DNA of 64,000 nucleotides, from the IMG/VR virus record IMGVR_UViG_3300020180_000010, positions 60,348 to 124,347 of that record; one strand, written 5' to 3'. Every line of letters begins with the position of its first letter. Position 1 is the stretch's first letter. The notes beneath the pieces were generated by a model. It saw only the letters and a list, made by a program, of their open reading frames with translations, ran no database searches and was not told the DNA's origin. This document shows positions 61,126 to 64,000 of this stretch, piece after piece. The position numbers were made by a program, and so were the translations under genes. The stretch is from a virus.

Positions 61126-62337
61126 CAAATTTGTTATCGCGCTTTGGGTTACCCGTTCGGCGCTTCTTTACTTCTCAGTAAAGTTCAGAATACATCATCA
61201 TCCAATGATTGAATAATCAATCTATCGGCGTTTGGCATCTACTCGTTGAGGATTCTGGCATGAGTTTATATTTCATAGAATCAATTACATGCGGCCTGAT
61301 AATATCAGATAACTTTTGTGTATTTTCTTTATTTAAAGTTATTTGATAATATTTTTTACCTTTGTAATTAAAAATCATCACTTTAGAATTTAAATCAAAA
61401 CATGATTTTAAATAATCTCTAAGTAGATAATTTTCTGATTCTGTAAAACCCATTGAAGCGATTCTCATGTTTACTTTTGCATTTAGATTACCGTCATCCT
61501 GTATCCATACTGCTAGTGATAAGGGTGTTAGGTACATATCTAAATTTTTAGGAACATGTTTAACTCTATTTTCATCATAAAACATTTTGCCAAAAAAATT
61601 CAAATCTTGATGGCAAATCGTGGTAGTTTGAAACATAGTTGAATTTCTGGTTTTATTAACACTTTTATTAAAAGTATTAATAAACGGATCCAGCATTGCA
61701 ACCTTCCAATGAAAATATTGTTCTTGCGCTTCACAGTGACCAAACGAAAATTTAAAGTTACCTTTAGTTGAATCTTTATAAAGACAACCGTCTCCAAGCA
61801 TTCCTCCTACAATCAGTTGCTTTTGAACTGAGTTAAGTGGTACTTGTCGTAAAATATCATATTTACGAAGATTCGAAATTACTACTCTGTTGTGAGCTTT
61901 TAGTAATTTTGATAGAGAGGGTCCGGATATTTCATACCATTTGGACAATGATTTTATTGTTTCGCCATTATCAAATTTATTAATAATATCATTTACCTGA
62001 TCAGGTGTCAGGTCCGAAATATAATTTCTTGTCCATTTTACTTTAGCAGCTTTGAGAATTTTTCTTACTGTTTCGTAACTTTTATCAAGTCGTTCAGCAA
62101 TTTCTCTAACTGTTAATCCAGTCTCATAAAGAATTTTAATTTCTTCGTTTGTCACTTGCCAGTCTTTCCTGCTGATTGTCTATATCATCCATCTTCTGTT
62201 ACTATAACGATTCCGTTTCCGGATAGACTAGCTGCGATGCGTAGCCTTTAGAGTGTTATAGTGAGATGGCTTTTAGAGTTTCCAGCATATGGCCAAATTC
62301 ACATCCCATAATTACTTACGGGAGCCCCTATCCATTA
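61126..62337 (-). mobile_element. Group I self-splicing intron (1212 nt) with homing endonuclease
   Basis: P1 CCCU|UA-AUGGA-UAGGGG with a U.G pair at the splice site; P10 GGAU pairs with exon-2 AUCC; P AUGCUGGAAA and Q AAUCAGCAGG; P3 UUUGGC/GCCAAA; P7 GAGUA/UAUUC; P9 CUUUACU-GAGA-AGUAAAG; terminal G at 61126. Confidence 0.95.
61217..62155 (-). CDS. Intron-encoded LAGLIDADG homing endonuclease with two N-terminal HTH repeats
   Basis: LIVGGMLGDG and LAVWIQDDG motifs; HTH-like GLTVREIAERLDKSYETVRKIL and GETIKSLSKWYEISGPSLSKLL; much more AT-rich than the exons. Confidence 0.92.
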   Translation of the reverse strand: MTNEEIKILYETGLTVREIAERLDKSYETVRKILKAAKVKWTRNYISDLTPDQVNDIINKFDNGETIKSLSKWYEISGPSLSKLLKAHNRVVISNLRKYDILRQVPLNSVQKQLIVGGMLGDGCLYKDSTKGNFKFSFGHCEAQEQYFHWKVAMLDPFINTFNKSVNKTRNSTMFQTTTICHQDLNFFGKMFYDENRVKHVPKNLDMYLTPLSLAVWIQDDGNLNAKVNMRIASMGFTESENYLLRDYLKSCFDLNSKVMIFNYKGKKYYQITLNKENTQKLSDIIRPHVIDSMKYKLMPESSTSRCQTPID

Positions 62338-62553
62338 AGGGTTTGCCATTGACTGCGCGAGGGCGATTTTACCGTCCTGCGTCAAAATGGCTCGTGAAAT
62401 CAAAGTGTCACGGGCATCGTCCGTCATGGACCCGGCAAGTGACGTGTTTGATGGCTGATTTTCTTCCAGTACTGATGCGTACTTTGCGACCACCGATAGT
62501 GCGTCGCGGAGTGAACTCGCGTTGATTTCACCCTTGTTGTTAAACAAAGACAT
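62338..62553 (-). CDS. Major capsid protein, exon 1
   Basis: 72 codons MSLFNNKGE...GKIALAQSMANP, preceded by AAGGAAA; the apparent TAA stop is the first three intron nucleotides. Confidence 0.9.
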
Positions 62554-62683
62554 TCGTTTCCTTTTTGTTGAATGGTTTGCCAGTTTCCCAGCAGTAAAGG
62601 CAGAAATGCCACCTTCACATTTAATAAAAAGGTATGCCCATAATTTAAATAAAATTTAAAAAAAATATAATAACAGTCCGGAC

Positions 62684-62765
62684 AAAACAAAACCCCCGAC
62701 TGGATTTCCCAGCCGAGGGTCATGTTGATGACTGATTGATTAGACTGATCTGATCAATCAGTCAT
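62684..62765 (-). terminator. Long hairpin plus intrinsic terminator after the decoration gene
   Basis: 17-bp near-perfect inverted repeat ATGACTGATTGA...TCAATCAGTCAT, then ACCCTCGGCTGGG-AAAT-CCAGTCGGGGGT-TTTGTTTT. Confidence 0.75.
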
Positions 62766-62771
62766 TCGTTA

Positions 62772-63449
62772 TTACTTGCCGAGCCAGTGGAACACGGCCA
62801 TGGTGAATCGCAGCTGCTCACCGAGTGAGCCTGACGGTGAATTAAGCGCCGAAGCGAGGTAATTCGGAGTCGTGACGAGAGACCCGTCAGTCGTGAATTC
62901 AACGAACCGTGCCATGATCGCACCACCGTTTGCAGTACCGGCGCCTGAGTTTGGAGTCAGAAGACCCGCTGGCGAGACATACAGTGCATCCGCAACCGTA
63001 AGGGTTGAGTTGGTGGGCTGGAGACCCGTGGATGCCGTGGTATCGCATGCATCCAGCGTAACTCCATAAAGGCCCGCACGATTCCAACAAGTAACCTTGC
63101 CAGAACCCGTTGCCGTGTGCGGACCAAGCTGCGCGCCACCCGTCACAACCATACCGGCCGTGCCACCGACTACGCTACCGAAAAGGGTACCGTAACCAGT
63201 CGTACCTTCGTCAGAGAGCCAATACGGACCCGCTGCGCCCGTGCCGAGTGTTGATGTTACGGCGGGACGACGCTTCGTGGTCGTACCGGCGTAACCGTCA
63301 TCAATGTCCGAAGCGTGTTTGTCAGTTGCCTGATCCAAAGCAACGCCAACGAGCGTGACGACTTCGCCACCCTTCATCGCAGTAACCTGTGAATCAAGAC
63401 CGTCAAACTGGCCAAGTGGATGAATATCTGATTGAAGAACTTTTAACAT
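62772..63449 (-). CDS. Probable capsid decoration/cement protein
   Basis: 225 aa, Gly/Thr/Ala-rich, immediately upstream of the capsid gene; TATGSGKVTCW and DALYVSPAGLLT motifs; preceded by AAGGAAA. Confidence 0.7.
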   Translation of the reverse strand: MLKVLQSDIHPLGQFDGLDSQVTAMKGGEVVTLVGVALDQATDKHASDIDDGYAGTTTKRRPAVTSTLGTGAAGPYWLSDEGTTGYGTLFGSVVGGTAGMVVTGGAQLGPHTATGSGKVTCWNRAGLYGVTLDACDTTASTGLQPTNSTLTVADALYVSPAGLLTPNSGAGTANGGAIMARFVEFTTDGSLVTTPNYLASALNSPSGSLGEQLRFTMAVFHWLGK

Positions 63450-63597
63450 TTTGATTTCCTTTTGAAGCTACGTTGGCAGCTTCGCGAATCAATCGGATCT
63501 ACCAAACTGATTCGGTCTTACATCTTGCGGCCTTAAGGCCGTTGCTTACATAATTCAAAAAAATATATACTTATTAGTAGTACGGTTGATTATTTTT

Positions 63598-63999
63598 TTA
63601 ATAATTTAAAGAAGCCGCCCGTTGCCAATTTTGAAACGCACGATCTGCCTGCTCAAGTTCATTAGGTTCTGCTTGAGTGTTGTCATTTGCCGGAACAGTT
63701 GTTGCGGGAGCCTTTGCCGGAACAGTTGTTGCGGGAGCCTCTTCATCACCTGGAATTTGTGGAGGAGCCGTTTCTTTCTTTTTAGCTTCTTCTTTTTTCT
63801 TTTCAGATTCTTCTTTTTTCTTTTCGCGATTAACAATCGTTTCTGCTGCTTTCTCTTGAAACGCTGCCAGTCTCTTTTCCAATAAATCATTAGTAGAATT
63901 GATTGCTTCGGCAAGAGACTTTAGCGACATCTGAAGTCTCTCGAAATCATCACTCATCAATGACCATTTTCCTTTTCCAGACCAAAGATCTTTTAATGG
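63598..63999 (-). CDS. Hypothetical protein, C-terminal part (start lies beyond the right edge)
   Basis: Frame is open from the window edge (PLKDLWSGKGKWSLMSDDF...); Lys/Glu-rich then Pro/Ala/Thr-rich tail. Confidence 0.6.
   Translation of the reverse strand, partial: PLKDLWSGKGKWSLMSDDFERLQMSLKSLAEAINSTNDLLEKRLAAFQEKAAETIVNREKKKEESEKKKEEAKKKETAPPQIPGDEEAPATTVPAKAPATTVPANDNTQAEPNELEQADRAFQNWQRAASLNY
63686..63739. repeat. Exact 27-bp tandem duplication
   Basis: TTTGCCGGAACAGTTGTTGCGGGAGCC twice, encoding APATTVPA(K/N) repeats on the minus strand. Confidence 0.9.
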
Positions 64000-64000
64000 A

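Noticed and set aside
61126-62337. Intein or group II intron in the capsid gene
   Set aside because: The insert begins with an in-frame stop and has no RT or intein splicing motifs, while the group I P1, P3, P4, P7, P9 and P10 pairings are present.

Overview
The window is the virion morphogenesis region of a large contractile-tailed (myovirus-like) bacteriophage, encoded almost entirely on the minus strand with the standard genetic code. In transcription order (right to left) it holds a probable capsid decoration protein and a major capsid protein split by a 1212-nt group I intron carrying an HTH-LAGLIDADG homing endonuclease. Next come a matrixin-type protease, head/neck accessory proteins and two giant Thr/Ala/Ser/Gly-rich fibre proteins built from shuffled repeat modules. 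A small accessory patch (patatin, HNH, cold-shock protein) precedes the neck proteins, beta-helix spikes, tail terminator, sheath, tube, a tail chaperone with a -1 frameshift signal, tape measure, hub, spike, gp25-like, baseplate J-like and a 2309-aa LamG-containing wedge protein. The most unusual signal is a recurring Asp-Gly-Tyr (DGY) tripeptide, 19 copies by manual count in 10 mostly unrelated virion proteins including a tandem DGYEDGYDDGY, which suggests a virion-wide modification or binding tag. Product calls rest on motifs and gene order read by eye; no database search was run.
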